A stretch of DNA of 64,000 nucleotides from Nymphaea colorata (GCF_008831285.2 NC_045138.2:14198001-14262000); one strand, 5' to 3'. Shown: positions 38,394 to 52,940, counted from the stretch's first letter. The notes: generated by a model not told the origin, from the letters alone. Translations and numbers: made by a program.

Positions 38394-38470
38394 GAAGTAA
38401 TGAATAGTATGAATTGGTGGATGAAAGAAAGAAGTAATGAATAGTATGAATTGGTGGATGAAAGAAAGAA
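38394..38470. repeat. 37-bp tandem duplication upstream of the syntaxin-6-N gene
   Basis: GAAGTAATGAATAGTATGAATTGGTGGATGAAAGAAA at 38394 and 38431. Confidence 0.93.
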
Positions 38471-40630
38471 TGCTCTCTTTACTCTGGTTTATCGAACCTC
38501 AATCATGGCCGTCGAGATTAATCAAGGGGGACAAAGAAACGGATTAGACACACAGGCAAGGAAATATCCGACGCGTCTGCTGTTTCCTCGATATTTCACC
38601 TCAGCGCTACCATTTTTGTGATTCTTAATATAGTGGAATAGACGTCGAACAATTCAGGACTGTGGGTGTTATGATCTTTTCCATTTCATGAATGGGGGGT
38701 TTCTTACCGCTTGGTAGAAAGTAAAAACTCACACCCAACTTTGGGAATTCCAAATGAAGACTAGCAGCTTATCAGTTCTTGTTTTGATTATTGCACCAAA
38801 CCCCTTGAAGATTATTTTGGGTGCTGTGCTCTTGCAACAAATTTTAAGAAATTGGTTCATTGGTGAACCATTATGTTGTCAAGAAGTAGGTTATTTATTG
38901 ATTATTATGCCCTTCCACCCAATCACCTGACCGCATGTCATTGGTTGATTGAGCCATTTCACTATCTTGAAAAATTTTCAAATGAAATACACCTAAAGGA
39001 TGCAGGTACTGGAATACAATGACATAAAAAGGAGAGGTTCATCATGAATGCAGATAACTTTTGTTGGTTCCGCGGAAAGGAATAATGGGGAAAACTCAGA
39101 GGACAAGATTTTTGTGCAACCATAGAAAACCAAAGGGGAGCACCTTCTCGGATTCCGATACCATTCGTGATTTTCGAAGCTTTTCAATCTTAAAATACAT
39201 AATTAGAAGACAAAGTTCAAGAAAAGAAGCATTTGTTTACTGACATTAGTGAGTTTTTTGAGATTTCGTGAACTTCTTACAGCGTTAGTAAGCATTTTAA
39301 AACAATGTAACTACTTCGAGTCTTCGAGATATTTTTATAGTCGATCATGATTTGCTACTTTAAATGGTACCACAGCAGACTAAAAAGCCCTTTTTGTTCT
39401 GCATTTTTTTTAAGATCTGTTATTTTCAGACATAAGTTGGAACTTGCCTTTCACGTTGAATCAAAGTCTCATTTCTCACATTATTCAATCACTTTGAAAA
39501 CCAGGTTTTTCAAAAATCACCGACACTCTAAAAAAGGTTGTTTTGAAAGTAAAAAGCAGATTTGCCTTCAAAAAGTTGTCTTAAAGTGTCATCCAAATAC
39601 TGCCTAAAGATCCGTCTTAGATGCAGAAGAAGAACGTAATATCATTTACAGGGATCCTAAAATCTGAAAGATCTGAGACAAGATCAGATTTGAGGCAATC
39701 AAATTGCCATCAAAAAAGCTTGTTTCAGTGCTTTGAATGTAATTGCTGGAGAACATATTTTGGATGGGAAATGTGCTAGGTCTTCCCATCGTGCACACCA
39801 TGGATTTCGTGATGGGAACTTTTTATTTTAGATTCAAACTTCTCAGCCCACTTCGAGTCTCCTGATCGAAATGTCAAAAGCCGGATTACTCATTTACAAA
39901 CCCGCGGGAGATCTCACACCAAATGATGTGAGATACCCGTTTTAATGAAGACCGGCAAATTCACGGAAGATACGATACGATCGCCATGGTGTGTCTGATT
40001 AATTAGGTTAATTAAAAATTTGCATTATCTGGCTCAATGGGCTTCCACCCGAATTTGCAAGGGCGATCGTATCGTATTGTTGTCTTCCGCTCAGCCTCAA
40101 AACAACCAGCCGAAACACTGGAACAATTAAAAGCTGTGGTTAGAAATAGATTCTTAATTAGGGATCAACGACTTCTTCAAACGAGTTTTGAAAAAGGGGT
40201 CTCAACTTTTCAAATTTCTTGATGCAGGTTGTACTTTATTGACAGTTGTCATGTATGTCATTTAAAGTCAAAAGTCTGCCATTTGAAAAAAAAAAAAAAC
40301 AATATGATGCTTGGCAGTATTTTACATTCCCCGCGTTAACAAAAAATGCTAATTTTCTTGTGGTGGAAGATGATATTTATTGCATAATTAATTCAACAGA
40401 TGATACTTGCGTGGATGTTCGGAACCTTTTGTTCATTCAAGAGAAGATAGTGACAAGACGCGAAGAACTGCAGAAAAGGAAAATAAAAAATGGTAGATTG
40501 GATGATGAATGACATTAACAGAGAGAACAAATACACAATAGGCACCATAAAGCTTAAATTTATCAGGCGAAGGAAAAGCTCAGTCATAAAATACACACAC
40601 GTAGAAGGCAGATGAGATATAATAACCGTC

Positions 40631-43600
40631 TCATGCACTCTTAGTGTTCCAAGGTTTGAGCACTGCAACTACTATAATCACAACAATCAGCAGAAGGATG
40701 ATAATGGCAATGCACATCCATTTGCGTGAGTTACGTTGCAGACTCTTTGCTCTCCGAAGAGCAGTTGTTCCAGACTGAACATGGTCAACGGCATTCGAGA
40801 CCTACACACAACCAAAATAAGTATGTCTCAGTATTCACGAGCTGTTCAAGCTGGTTAAGTTAGGCTTAGGCAAGATATGTACAGGCTCGATAAATCTAAA
40901 AACCAGGAGAATGTTCAGATTAATGGAAAGAAACAGACGGTGTACTTTAATGAGAAACACAAACTCCAGCGGTTTGACCCGAATTACTTGATTAAATAGC
41001 TAACTTGACTCATTGACAGCTTCCCAACATTTTTGTCACTAATAAACTCTGAATCCTTTCAGACAGCCTGTCGTGAATGTCTATACATGCCTATGCTTGT
41101 TTATCTTACAGTATTGGGAAAAGATATACATAGTTCATAGTTGTATGCATGTCATGGTGTTTCCGACATGTTCAGGAATCTGTGATTAATCTCGAACTCA
41201 GGAAATCTAACCAAATCAACGATAAAGCTGAGCAATATCCAGACAGTAATGCTCAAGGATGCACTGTGAAGCTGTTTATGCTGGACACCAGCAAAGAATG
41301 GGCTGCATAATCTTGAGTTCAAAGACCACTTGAGGCACCAAACTAACTCCAGTTTCCCATCTTCTGGTTATGCTGCAAATTGCCCAGACGAATTTCACAC
41401 CATGCAGACTTGATTATTAGACTGCTAGCCAAGGACGAAATTTCCAGCCATCTTCTCCTAAACTTATGGTTCCATTTCAACTAATTTGCTTGAAATTGGT
41501 TATCTATTGTCACAAAACAAACCTGGGTTTCAATATTATCAAGCATGTCGCCTTGAGCCTCAACTAGGACAGCCATATCCAGGAAAATCTGCATGAAAGC
41601 AGGACTAAAATCATGAAGAGTACTGAGAAAAGCTTTTCATAACTACAGAAAATAAGATATAAAATCACCTGCTGTAAGTCCAGAAGCTTCTTCTCAAGAT
41701 CCCTAACAGCATCATGTCGTTCTTGAATTTCTGCAAGGGTGTCCATGACCTGCAGCACCCAACTGATATTATGACCTAAAAGGCTCTAAGAGTTTTGACT
41801 AAGCAACACAAAATTAAGAAATTAAAAGCATATGAAGTCATAGTATGGAACCTAACCATGGTTCAGGTATCAGTCTTTGCAGCAGACGTTTAGAACATAT
41901 CATAATCTAAGTGGGATTCTATCCTAGGAGATCAATGATCAGAAGAGTACCAGCTGGAAACATGTCCAACATTATGAATAGCAAATATGAACTCCAAGCC
42001 CTTCTCTGGCCTCCATTCCCACATGGAAAATTACAGCAGACTATGTTATTGCAGCTAATTACCTTGACCTTCTAACTGGGAATGGGATAAGGCAACAGAC
42101 AGAGTACATCAGAGTCTGACAGACCAGGAAACACCAGCTTATGGGTGAGTATCCGAGCATCACAAAGGATAACCAATTAGACTTGATCAATTGCTTCCTT
42201 TCTCCCCTACCCACAGAACCTCAGTCATAGGGGAACATGAAATCAGAGTGAAGCTGCACTAGGTGTAAATATAGGACGGGACCATGCAGATTTCACTTGA
42301 CATGGACCAGGCATAACACTTTTTCCACAGGTAGCTAGATTTGGATGCCCTAAGCCAAAGCCAAGAAATCCACATAGATATGACCAAAAGAAAAATTACC
42401 ACATGAGACAAGTCCTTTTGAGCCAAAATTGTTTCCACTGATATTTTTTTCCTTATCCATTTAGAAGCCCCTACACAACAAATGGTCATTCCTTGCCATA
42501 TACTTCTCCCAACCTTTCAATAACTTCGAAACAACCCCCAATATGCCCCCAACGGCAGAATTACTTCTGCCTTTTTTTAACAAATTCATCCTCATACTTC
42601 CGTGATATAGACAAATAACTGAATAAGAGAAACATACTCACACACCCCTAGAAAGGCCAAGCCACTCACTCTTAGAAAGGCAACTGAATAGCAGATAACT
42701 TTGTGTTATCTGCCACACAACAACTATCAGTACAACCTACCCGAAAAAGGAAATGATATTATTTGTTTCTTAATGGCGACTTTCATATTTTCATCCTCCA
42801 ATGATATAAGTTGCCCTGGCAATAGCATTGATAATATATCAAAATATACAAACCTGGCCTCGACCATGCTCCTGAATTGCTTTTTGGAAGATTTGTTCAC
42901 CATTCCCAGTCTCTATCAAGTTATCAATTGTCTGCCCAGTAAACAATCAGCAAGTAAGGCAGACACATAGGAGAAGTCTGAAAGCCCTTGAGAGTAATAA
43001 ACAGTGATTTTACCTCTTCATCAGCTCTTGTACCCGTCACTGATTATTCACGACAAACAAGAAACTTTAAAGACCATGAAAAGGTAAAAAGGCAAAAATA
43101 AGTAAATCAATCCTTGCAAATGTATTCAAACCTGTGAAGACCCTTCTCTCAACCACTTCACGGTATTCCTCTTGGATTGTTTGTCTGAGTGTCTGTAATG
43201 CCACAAAAAGATTAAATAAGAATGAATAAAACATAACAAAAAGAACTCTTAAACAAACAATTACAAAGAGAAGAACACGAATTAGAACATTTTGGTCATA
43301 GAAAGCAGGAGCATAGATGAAACCTGGAATTCAGACATGCGTTCCTTCAATTTTTTTTTCAGTGCACTGCATTTGAATAATAAAGTAATGAGAAGCTTCT
43401 GCAACACTGCATACATAACAATTTATAATATAGAAACCAACACTTGTAAATTTTACGCATATATTACATACACAGTCATTGATGTTCGTGATCTTTCAAC
43501 CCCACTTCCCGTTCCACATCCAGGCTTCTGCCTATTTGCCAAATTCTGGTAAGACAACAAAGAAAGCTAGTTTTAGCAGGCAGCAGTAACTGTAAGCGAA

Positions 43601-45726
43601 TATACAAAACTTCAATAGATCATGTGTTTTTGGATAACAAAATGATGATGAGCAAAGAATATATAATTACATCTCTGTCAATTTCTTCAATTTTTGTCTT
43701 CACAATACGCGCAATCCTTCCCACTTCATCCACATCCTTCTCCATTCTCTTCCTGATTGCTGGAAGTTACAATGACGATTAACTTAAGCAATCACGGAAA
43801 GAAAGAAAGGGAACTGAAAGTGTTGCTGGCTATGATATTACTTTGCAATAAGAGTGTGTATGCCCACGCAGCATGAGCAGAAGATGTAGCAAAACTGAAT
43901 TACCTTTCATAGCATCAGCTTTCGTAACTAACTTGGACTCCTCATTTGCTTCCTGCATGAATTATAGGTCCACGTAACTAGACAGAGATAAACTTGGGAA
44001 TTTTCATTGTCCAATACATTTTATGAACATCTAATCTTGACTTTCATTCTTGGATTCAAATCCTATCAAATGGTTGAATAAGACCAACAAAATAACTCCA
44101 AAAAGAGAAGTCTTGTACCGGTCATAAACTTCCGAATACAAAAAGAAATCAGTATATAATTGCTTACTTGCAGCTTCTTCAGCTGTTTCGAGATCTTATC
44201 AATCTGCTGCTCAACCTCACGAACCTGAAGACCATTATTCACATTATTTCAGTAACAGTCCACGAAAAATATCTAGATGTGTCAGTAACAATGGGAGAAA
44301 AGGAGACTGCATGTAAGGGGAAAAATATTAGCAACCTTTTTGAAGAAGTTTTCCATTCCCACGTCTGCAGTATTAGTCGGGCCTTGGGTTCCCATTTCTA
44401 TATCTGCTTCCTGAGAGGCTTGACCTCTGGAAGTTCCAAATGAATCCTGAAATTATCCACCAAAAGAAGATGACATTAATATTTGCATAACAAAAGGAAG
44501 AAAATTCTAATAGCATTTTTAGATTATATATGCCCTACAAAGTGCAAACTTTACGAGCAAGTAAATATTTAGCATAGAGATGCACTTGCTTTATTTAATC
44601 TTTTGTCCTCCATACTGTTAAACGAATCAGACTCCATTCGCATGTCATCCTTTCCTTGCATCTAACAGATACTTACAGTCTTTTCAAGTATCGTGATTTG
44701 GAGATGATTTTGGAAGCTCAGCATTTCCCCTCAAAATGACGAATTTATATTTTCAATTGCAATATAAACAATTCTAAATCAGTCTAAAATATTAACTCAG
44801 AAATTTTATAGATTCTAGGACTTCTGGCATTGATTTGAATTGACATTAAACGCAAATAAGAAGCTACTTCTATTAAATAGTTATAACTTAGAAGTTCTGA
44901 TATGATCATCTTGTTACCACCATTTTTAGAAAATTTTCCACGTCCCCACAATGAAAACATATCGTGCCCCACCATACAAATTCGAATTTTTGGTAGCAAC
45001 ACTCCAACTATTACTGATTATTCAGCTCCAAGAGGTGAAATTATCTTGCTTATAAGAGTTATTATCTGAGGGAAACCTCAGTATGGTATTCACAAACCAA
45101 TAGTACATATTTACACCCAATTGTGTGGCATCTCGGTTTACTTCATATGTGGCAAGGAGGCTTGACGGCAACACTTGCATAGGTCTCTTATCCCTTTGAT
45201 AGACTACATCAACGAAGTTTCGCAACTGCTCACCAACTATAAAGGCCGTAATTCCATCTACAATAATTTTTAAAACACTAGAAGGAAGAAATTCCTTGCA
45301 CCATGTGATTTTAACAATAATGCAATACCAAAATAACTTAATAATCCGAAAAATAACGACGAACAAGTAGGAGCACTAAAAGCTTCCTTAATAAAAAAAA
45401 AAAACAAGTACAGAAGAAAGAGAGACGCATCCAAAAAAAGCCCCAACTATACAATGTCTGCCATTAGCAGAAGCAAAGCTAAAAAAAGCTTCCAAAATAT
45501 CGAGTAGAATCCTACCCAATCTCCAAAAAATCAAAACAAACAAGTTCGATCGATCGAAATGATCCAACAATGTACATAAGAAGACGGAATTAAAGCAATT
45601 AAGGCTCGATCTGCCCATCTCCCAGCCAGCATTCTAACTTACGGCACGTATCTCGGAATTCACGAACCAATATCCGATTAAAGCAAAAACATTAGGGAAA
45701 AAAATTACCGAGAGAAGGTCGTTCAT
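40631..45726 (-). CDS. SYP132: Plasma-membrane Qa-SNARE syntaxin of the SYP13 group (SYP132-like); 13 exons, ~307 aa
   Basis: Exons 45726-45709, 44446-44336, 44224-44168, 43952-43904, 43759-43671, 43545-43472, 43366-43324, 43192-43132, 43039-43014, 42931-42854, 41749-41669, 41588-41523, 40801-40631. [30 protein letters not shown] motif [73 protein letters not shown]. Confidence 0.95.
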
Positions 45727-48189
45727 CTTGAGCTCAGAGATTCCAACGCCACACAAAGAAGAGGGAGATTTCAGAAGAGAAAGAGACGCAAATTTGGGCA
45801 AAAACCTGCAGAAGAAAGGGAAAAGTCAGGGTTTTGATGCTCTCTCCCACCTGGCTCACAGGAGAAAACCAGGGAAGGAATTGAGAGAGAGAGAGAGGGA
45901 GGGGAGACGGAGACGGAGACAAAAAGAGTCTTTCGTTTTGGGAAAGAGGGAGGAATTTACACATGAAATCCCTCCTAGTCAAAGTATTGGTGTAGGGCCC
46001 TCAGTGAATAACAAATTATTAAATCATGGTCAATTTTAACAAATTATTCCGAAGAAGCCCTAGATTTCTTAAAATTTGCAGCGCAAGGCTTCGGTTTGAG
46101 ACAAGCTTATTCGGTAGAGTAAATCTAGAGTATGTTTAACTCATAATTTTTGTGCATTCTAAAATTCTTTTTGGGAAAGCCAAGATTGTTGCTTGTTTGG
46201 AATCATAAAATCCTGATCGGTTACATGCAAAACCTCTTATTAAGCATTTGGATGGCACTTTGAAAATTAAAACTCGGTTCCTTAATCAGCTTTAGAAACG
46301 CTATTTATGTTGTTTGAATGATACATTCAAACAAGTTTTTTCTGAAAAAAAGAATGGGAGAGAAAAGGAAGGAGGTTATTCGTTAGGAACTTGCATGAAG
46401 GGCGTGATTTTATGCACTCTAAGATTAAAAATCAGATATAAAATGTAAATTTATTTGAATAATTGAAAGAACATGTGATCGGATACAAAATTTCACTAGT
46501 ATGTTTCTTAGGGGGTGATGTACATTGTGACACAAATTTCTGTTCCCTCGATTTGTCTTCATCGGGATAAAATTTACGCGCATTTGATTTGAACGTGCGC
46601 CAACTGGTGAAAGTTTACCCATTCAACACTCCACAGAGTTGCCGTCGATCTCTTTTCTTTTTTCTCCATTCCATTTAGAACTGTAGTCAACATTTGACCA
46701 ATACGATCCCAATTCTTTACTAAAGTCCTCTCTCTCTCCCTCCTCTTCTTCTTCTTGTTGCTGCTGTTGTCACTTTCTTCTTCTTAATTGTTTTTCCAAT
46801 ATTTCAGCTCCTCTCTCTCTCTCTGCCGGCGGTTGAAATCCGGCTGTGTAGACAGCTAGAAAAGAATTCATGGAGGACATTAACTACATTCTTTTCAAAT
46901 TTTAGGGACGGTTCAATCATATTTTCTACAAATTTTAAAAGCTATAGATTAGTTTTTTCCATCTTCTATGTGACTCCGCCCTATGTTTACGATCGCAATA
47001 GCTTCTTGAGAATGTTAGTTTTGAATACACATTTTCATCCAAGAGGTTGATACAATGCATGAGACAAAAGTAGGCGACTAGTTTCTGTTTTGAATTATCA
47101 GGACATCAACTCTATTTGCAAAAAAAAGAAAACACCCATGTGCAAGTATTTTTTTTTTTACTAAAATGTCTTGAACTGGCAAAGATGAAGTAAATAGCAA
47201 AATCAAATCTGAAATCTGGTACAACAAATTAAAAGGTGTAAAACAAGAATCTTGAAAGGCAGGTGAGCCGTTACCTCATTTATATTTCCTTTATTTTGAG
47301 TAGATGACCACACGGATTGAACAAGTCAGAGATTTGACTCCATCCCCTAAACTGTTTGATTATTAAATACACACTGATAATATCTGAATATCTCTTAAAG
47401 GGTTCAAGTTTTCTATTTTGGATTTTTTAAAATCACATGGATATGCTTTAAACAGTATTTTAAACCAGTTTTAGTTAGGATCCAAAAAAGGGTATGATCC
47501 TTAAGTAGCTTTTACATGGATGTTTATTATTTTTTATTGTCTTCCTAAATCTGTTTTGAGCAGTAGTTTTAGGATCCAGAAAAGGATTTTTTTTTTTGTT
47601 TTATTGAAAAATTGGCCGACACGGGGTTGAATCAGCCGATACAGGACTGAATCGGTCTCTGATCAGCCGACGTACGAAGTGTATCATCTTTTTCCGCTGA
47701 GCCTGAGAAAAGTCAGAAAGTAATGTGGGATCCATGCCAGATCCAATCCCGAAGGTCCAGTCACGTGGATCTGACGAGGGGGCCACTCAAACCGCTCCGT
47801 TAAGTACAGTCTGGAAGTGGATCCAGAATAATAGAGATCCAAAGCATTAACAGATCCAGGTCAGAATGGGTCCCACACTGGCTTCCCAGAATGTTAAAAA
47901 TATTTTTTAAAAATTGGGCAGTGAACATGCCAGGTATACTCAATAAAATATGGGCCTTTGAACCAATTTGAATCCTAATTATGGTCCACAAAAAAATTAA
48001 TACTTCGTGGGCATGCAATGCGATGATCCAGCCCGACTCTACACCTGGCTTGGGATTTTGGTCTTGATTTTACTTTGTCTGGTTTCGATTATTTTATAAA
48101 TAAAATTTGAAAACAGTTTTTAATGCGTTCATGTGCCATGAAAAAGAAAAAGTCTGGTTTATTTTTTGAGAGACAGTGATCATTTTATA

Positions 48190-49570
48190 GCTATACTCCA
48201 ACAACGAGTTCGGCAACGTTGCCCTTATCTTTTGCCTTGTTCAACATTGTAGCGGAAGGTTTAGCCCCATCAATATGGATGGTTTTTTATCTAATATTAT
48301 TCAGTATGCAGATGACTTGATCCTTCTTGAAGAAGCAACTCCTCAACAGATGATGGTAATGTTGCTCATTATTTGTATCTTCTCTATTGCATCTGGTCTT
48401 GAAAACATTTATTGCCTTGTTCAATGTTGATACATACACTAAGTTTGTTGCCTTTCATATTTTTCAATGTTGAATTGTCGATCTTTTTATTGAGTACCTG
48501 GGCCTTCCCCTTCAATTTCAAGCAATCAAGACACCCTCTTGGTTACCAATCAGACAATATTAATAATAGACTGACTTTTGGAAATTGAGATATCTGTCCT
48601 TAGCTGGCTGGGTAATCATGATCAAACATGTCTTTTCCTCTCTGCCTTCTTATTTCTTATCGGTACTCTCTTTACCTGTCAAGGTATTCCTCTCTGCCTT
48701 CTTATTTCTTATCGGTACTCTCTTTACCTGTCAAGGTAGAAAAGGACAAACTTGGAGAAGAATAAATATTTTGTTGCTTGGGATTATGTTACTCAGCTTT
48801 TTGGCCCTGAAGGTTAAGAATCCTAGATATCAGGAAAAAAAATATTTCTTTCATTTTAAAGTAGTAGACATTTATCCACGACTCCAATTCAATTTGTGTG
48901 ATGGCCTTGCGACACAAACACAATTTGCATAGTCTCTATTCTCTTATGAATAAACGAAGAATATCTTATTCGATGAGATTGTGGATATCAACCTTCATTA
49001 AGTGCAATTCGAAAACAGTTTTCATAGAGCATTTTTCTTCATGCGCACGAGATGGCGAAGGGCGTTTCTCTATACATCTTGCATATAACTTGCTTCAACC
49101 TCCTAGTGTGAACTGGTTTACTCATAATCTCCTTTGAGCTGGGGGTCCTACTCGACGATTCAAGACTCTTGCATGGCTTATTCTGTTAGACCACATTCAA
49201 AATCAAAATAACCTCAAAAGGTTTGGTTTTCACCTTGCAAGTAGGTGTCCTTTATATTGTTATGCCGAAGAACTACCACTCACCTAGTGTGGTTTTGTCG
49301 AGTGCCTCAGGATCTTTATGTGCTTACCTGGTCTATGTCTTCCATTGAAGGTATAAATATATCTACAATTCGGGACCTGATCCATGAACCAATTAGAATG
49401 AGAAACAAAAAGAAATGGCGTACCATTTGGAGAATTTGGCTTTTTACGTTTTGATAGGCTATTTGAAACTCTAGGAACAATATAATTTATGGGAAGGAGG
49501 TTGTCTCAGTTCAGCACATGGCATCCTCTATTTTGTATGATGTTTGGCTAATTTCCCGTAACCTATGGGG
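48190..49570 (+). mobile_element. Degenerate 5'-truncated L1-type LINE (RT and zf-RVT remnants); boundaries approximate
   Basis: Broken-frame motifs in L1 order: VRQRCP..LFNIVAEGL (~48205-48265), QYADDLIL (48302), ASGL, YLGLPL (48495), WKLRYLSLAGWVIMIKHVFSSLPSYFLS, then KTLAWLILLDHIQ..NLKRFGFHLASRCPLYC..THLVWFC (~49160-49300). Many stops and frameshifts. Confidence 0.9.
48635..48738. repeat. 52-bp tandem duplication within the LINE remnant
   Basis: TTCCTCTCTGCCTTCTTATTTCTTATCGGTACTCTCTTTACCTGTCAAGGTA at 48635 and 48687. Confidence 0.95.
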
Positions 49571-51754
49571 AAATGGTGGTACCCTCAACTTCTCTCTCTC
49601 TCTCTCTCAAATCCATTAGTGGATTCAAATGTCAAGCTGAAACTGAACCCATTTAGTTGAATCTCGTAAGCCAAAGCAGATTTGGATTATAGTTTCTAAC
49701 TTTATGTGCTCATGTATTCAAACCTAGTCTGAATCCGGAATCCAATGAATCTGCAGTCCTATGATTACTAAGAGTTGAATATTGCTCCTGTCAGGTGTAG
49801 ATTTGATTTCATTTTTCAAGGCCGAATTCAAAGAGGATTATAAATCACTGAACTTCCTCAAGCTCAGTGTCTAATACGCAGGAGTTGTATACTATGGCGC
49901 CTACCTTGCACTAGGCAGTCCATCGCACTTAGGGCCAACATCTGCAGGAACGTAGGAAAACATTTTAATCGAATTGAATGCTTTTTCATGTTTTTATTGT
50001 TAGATAATATACATTGTTATTTTTTACTTTTTAGGAAAAACTATAACGACTGCCATGCTTGCATTTGTTTTAAGCGAGATGGGTGAAAATCCTACTGCCC
50101 TAGCTGGTGCGCATGTAAAAACAGGAAGGGGAATATTGTTAATGGAAAAAATATCCATTCCAACATTTATATGTTTTCAATCGGAAAACGTAGTTGTTGG
50201 GATTTAGAAACGCAGCATGAAAATGGTAGCAAATGTTAGAAAACTATAAGCAGGTCTGTGGTTGGTAGAAAACTTTGTGTTGTAAAAATTGTCAAAAATC
50301 TAGATGTTTTCATGGCCAAATAAAATCTTGAGGAAAGAAGCAAAAATCAGTCTAATTCTGGAAAAACCTTGGGAAAGGCAGATATTTCAGGAAATCCAGG
50401 GTTTTTGGCAAATCTAAGTTTTGGTAACGCCCTATTTTGGGTGGCATCCAAACATGCTTAAAATTGCATGTTGGAGGCAAAACCAGATTTTACCTCCAAA
50501 AACCCGATTTTCGACTACCATCCAAACACGCTCTAAACGAAATCTTTATTCAAGGGATAGAAGAAAATCAAATATTTTCACTGGCCATAAGCAAGTGAAA
50601 TCGACTTGATTCTGCCCAAAACTCCCTGATACAGAAAGAATTCAGTCTTTTGGATATGGAGAATGGATCCATAATTACCAAGTCAAGTTAATCCGGGGTT
50701 GGGTATTATTCAAGTTGATTATTGGTAAACGTTGGTTTAAAATAATCAAACCTGGAGTTGTTGACCCGTCTGGCTCAATTTGAAACCTAATCTGAATCAG
50801 ATCCCCACTGTGTGGTACTTGGTAGTGCATAGATCGGATGTAAGCGCCCTAGTGCACATTCTTCACTTAATGCACCAAGATGCCTGACTCACTGATGAAT
50901 AATATAAAAGAAAAACTGATGACAACTAAGTTAAGGTGACTTGAGGCGTGTGACTCAAGCCTGTCTCTTGAGGCCTCTCTGTTTGATGCTTTGATCATCA
51001 TAAAATTTTTTGCATGGTAAAATTATCAATGTACGAAAAAGAGATTCTTTTCATGGAAAAGAGATCAGACTATTTTGCGTGAGAATTTTTTTCGATATCA
51101 ATGAAAAATGCATGGTAAAATTTAAAAACGTGTGTTTTTCTTGTGCATCAAACATAACCCAAAGTATAAATTCACTCCTATTAAGTTTCTTCCAGATTTT
51201 ACCCCTTTCACGACATCAAGCTCAAAATGTTCATCCACATTTTGGATTCCGGCAATGGATAACCTTTTACTTTCAGGGTCCACAATCACATCACATGAGA
51301 CCATGTGAGGGGTACTTTTGTCTTTAAAAGACATGAGAAGGGTCAAAATGCTCTAAAAAATCTTTTCAATTTATATTTCTCGTTATGGGGCTTTACTTTT
51401 GAAAAAGGAAGAGAGAGAGAAAGCCGATAAAATGAGAATATATAACAAAATTTAAAGACAAGAGGTCTCTTAAATACAAAAAGGAGAGAGAGAGAGGAGG
51501 GCAGAAGCGCTCAGCTTGGATGTAACTTTTTTTTTTTCAAATATAAAAATCCTTTGCCATTTGATGAGCTCTGGTATGATAAAGCATATCTGCTCATAAC
51601 AACATGACAATTTGCCATTTAATGTGATTGTAGTTATATGAATAATTTTATCTACCCGTCACAAGAATCAAGTACCTTTTTTCGCTTTTTGGACCCACCT
51701 GTCCAGGCACCATACAGTAGAGATAATAGTCTTTCGTCTTTTTGAAAGAAAAAA

Positions 51755-52150
51755 ATGGAACAGAAGATGATAAACTACAATCGCAAGTGGTTCCCCTTAA
51801 GGTCCTCTCATCCTTATCCCCTGATGACTTTAAAAAGGAGGAACCCGCAGTGTCGATGTCTACTTGTAACTCAAAAATCGGTTGAGAAAGTGCAGAGAAG
51901 AATGCAAATGGAGAAGCAGAATGAAGGAGCGCCAAGCTTCCTGAATATTTCCATCGTAGAAAGAAAGGAGGAATACGTGTCGGTCCCTCCTCCCCGCCGG
52001 AACCAGAGCATGCCGGCTACAAAAGAGAAACAAGTCTCTGCATCGTCCTTGGAAGGCTGCCCACAGCTCCTGCAGCTGTGGTGTGGCCAGCAATGGAGCA
52101 CAAGATCAGGGAATGAACATGAGGTTTTGGATCATCTTAATAGGTTCTGA
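51755..52150 (+). CDS. Uncharacterised small basic protein, 131 aa, single exon
   Basis: ATG in strong plant context (AAAAAATGG), purine-rich coding-like composition, TATAAAA at ~51542 upstream and T-rich UTR-like sequence downstream. It lies in an otherwise gene-free gap. No family recognised. Confidence 0.5.
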   Translation: MEQKMINYNRKWFPLRSSHPYPLMTLKRRNPQCRCLLVTQKSVEKVQRRMQMEKQNEGAPSFLNISIVERKEEYVSVPPPRRNQSMPATKEKQVSASSLEGCPQLLQLWCGQQWSTRSGNEHEVLDHLNRF

Positions 52151-52940
52151 TAGAATAGCATGAAGTATCTGACGGTTAATCCTCTGCCTTCTGTTCATTC
52201 TATGCCTTGTTTGTACTCTCATATGTTGTATCTTAAGAGATGCATCCATTTACTTATCTTTTTCTTCAATCCGTTCAGGGTTCGTTTCATGGAGAAGTAT
52301 GGTAGTGTTCTACCACACCTGTATGGTGTTCTGTGTTAACAGGGTCATCTTCCATGCGATCGCCTGATCTTCTCTCTGCGCTATAAGTGTTTCACTTTCC
52401 TCTACTGTTTATCCGGTAACTGAGTCTGTAATCCATGATCAGCTCTTGGAGCCAACTTGGTTTGAGTCCAGAGAAAAATCTAATAAGGATCTTCTATCAA
52501 GTTGCGCTGCAGAGAACAAAAATCTTGAATTTTTGTGTGTGTGTTCTTTGGTTGACAAGTTGGGTTTCGGCACAAGTCTACGGATTTATAGTGAATTGCA
52601 ACGGATTTATAAAATGAATTACCACATATCAAACTCTTGCCTCCTTCAAAATATCTTAATGTCGCATGCAGTCAAGTGGAAGAGGCAGCGCTTTTCATGT
52701 GACAAAGCTCATTTTTTTTATGCAGTATTCTATCCCATATCCTGTGAAAAAACGTTGCCATATATCATAAGGCGAGAGAGAGAGAGAGGGAGAGTTCGCC
52801 ATTATTTTCAATGGACCACCTCTATGTGCAATAAGATTTTTTAGTATCTTGCCAATTTTTTTACTAGCATAAAATTGGTATATTGAGAAATAGCATTTCA
52901 CTTTTTTAGTATCTTGCCATTTCACTTTTTTGCAGTCTCA

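Noticed and set aside
38946..38966. miR171-like sequence TGATTGAGCCATTTCACTATC
   Set aside because: Several mismatches to miR171, and only a short local inverted repeat rather than a precursor hairpin.
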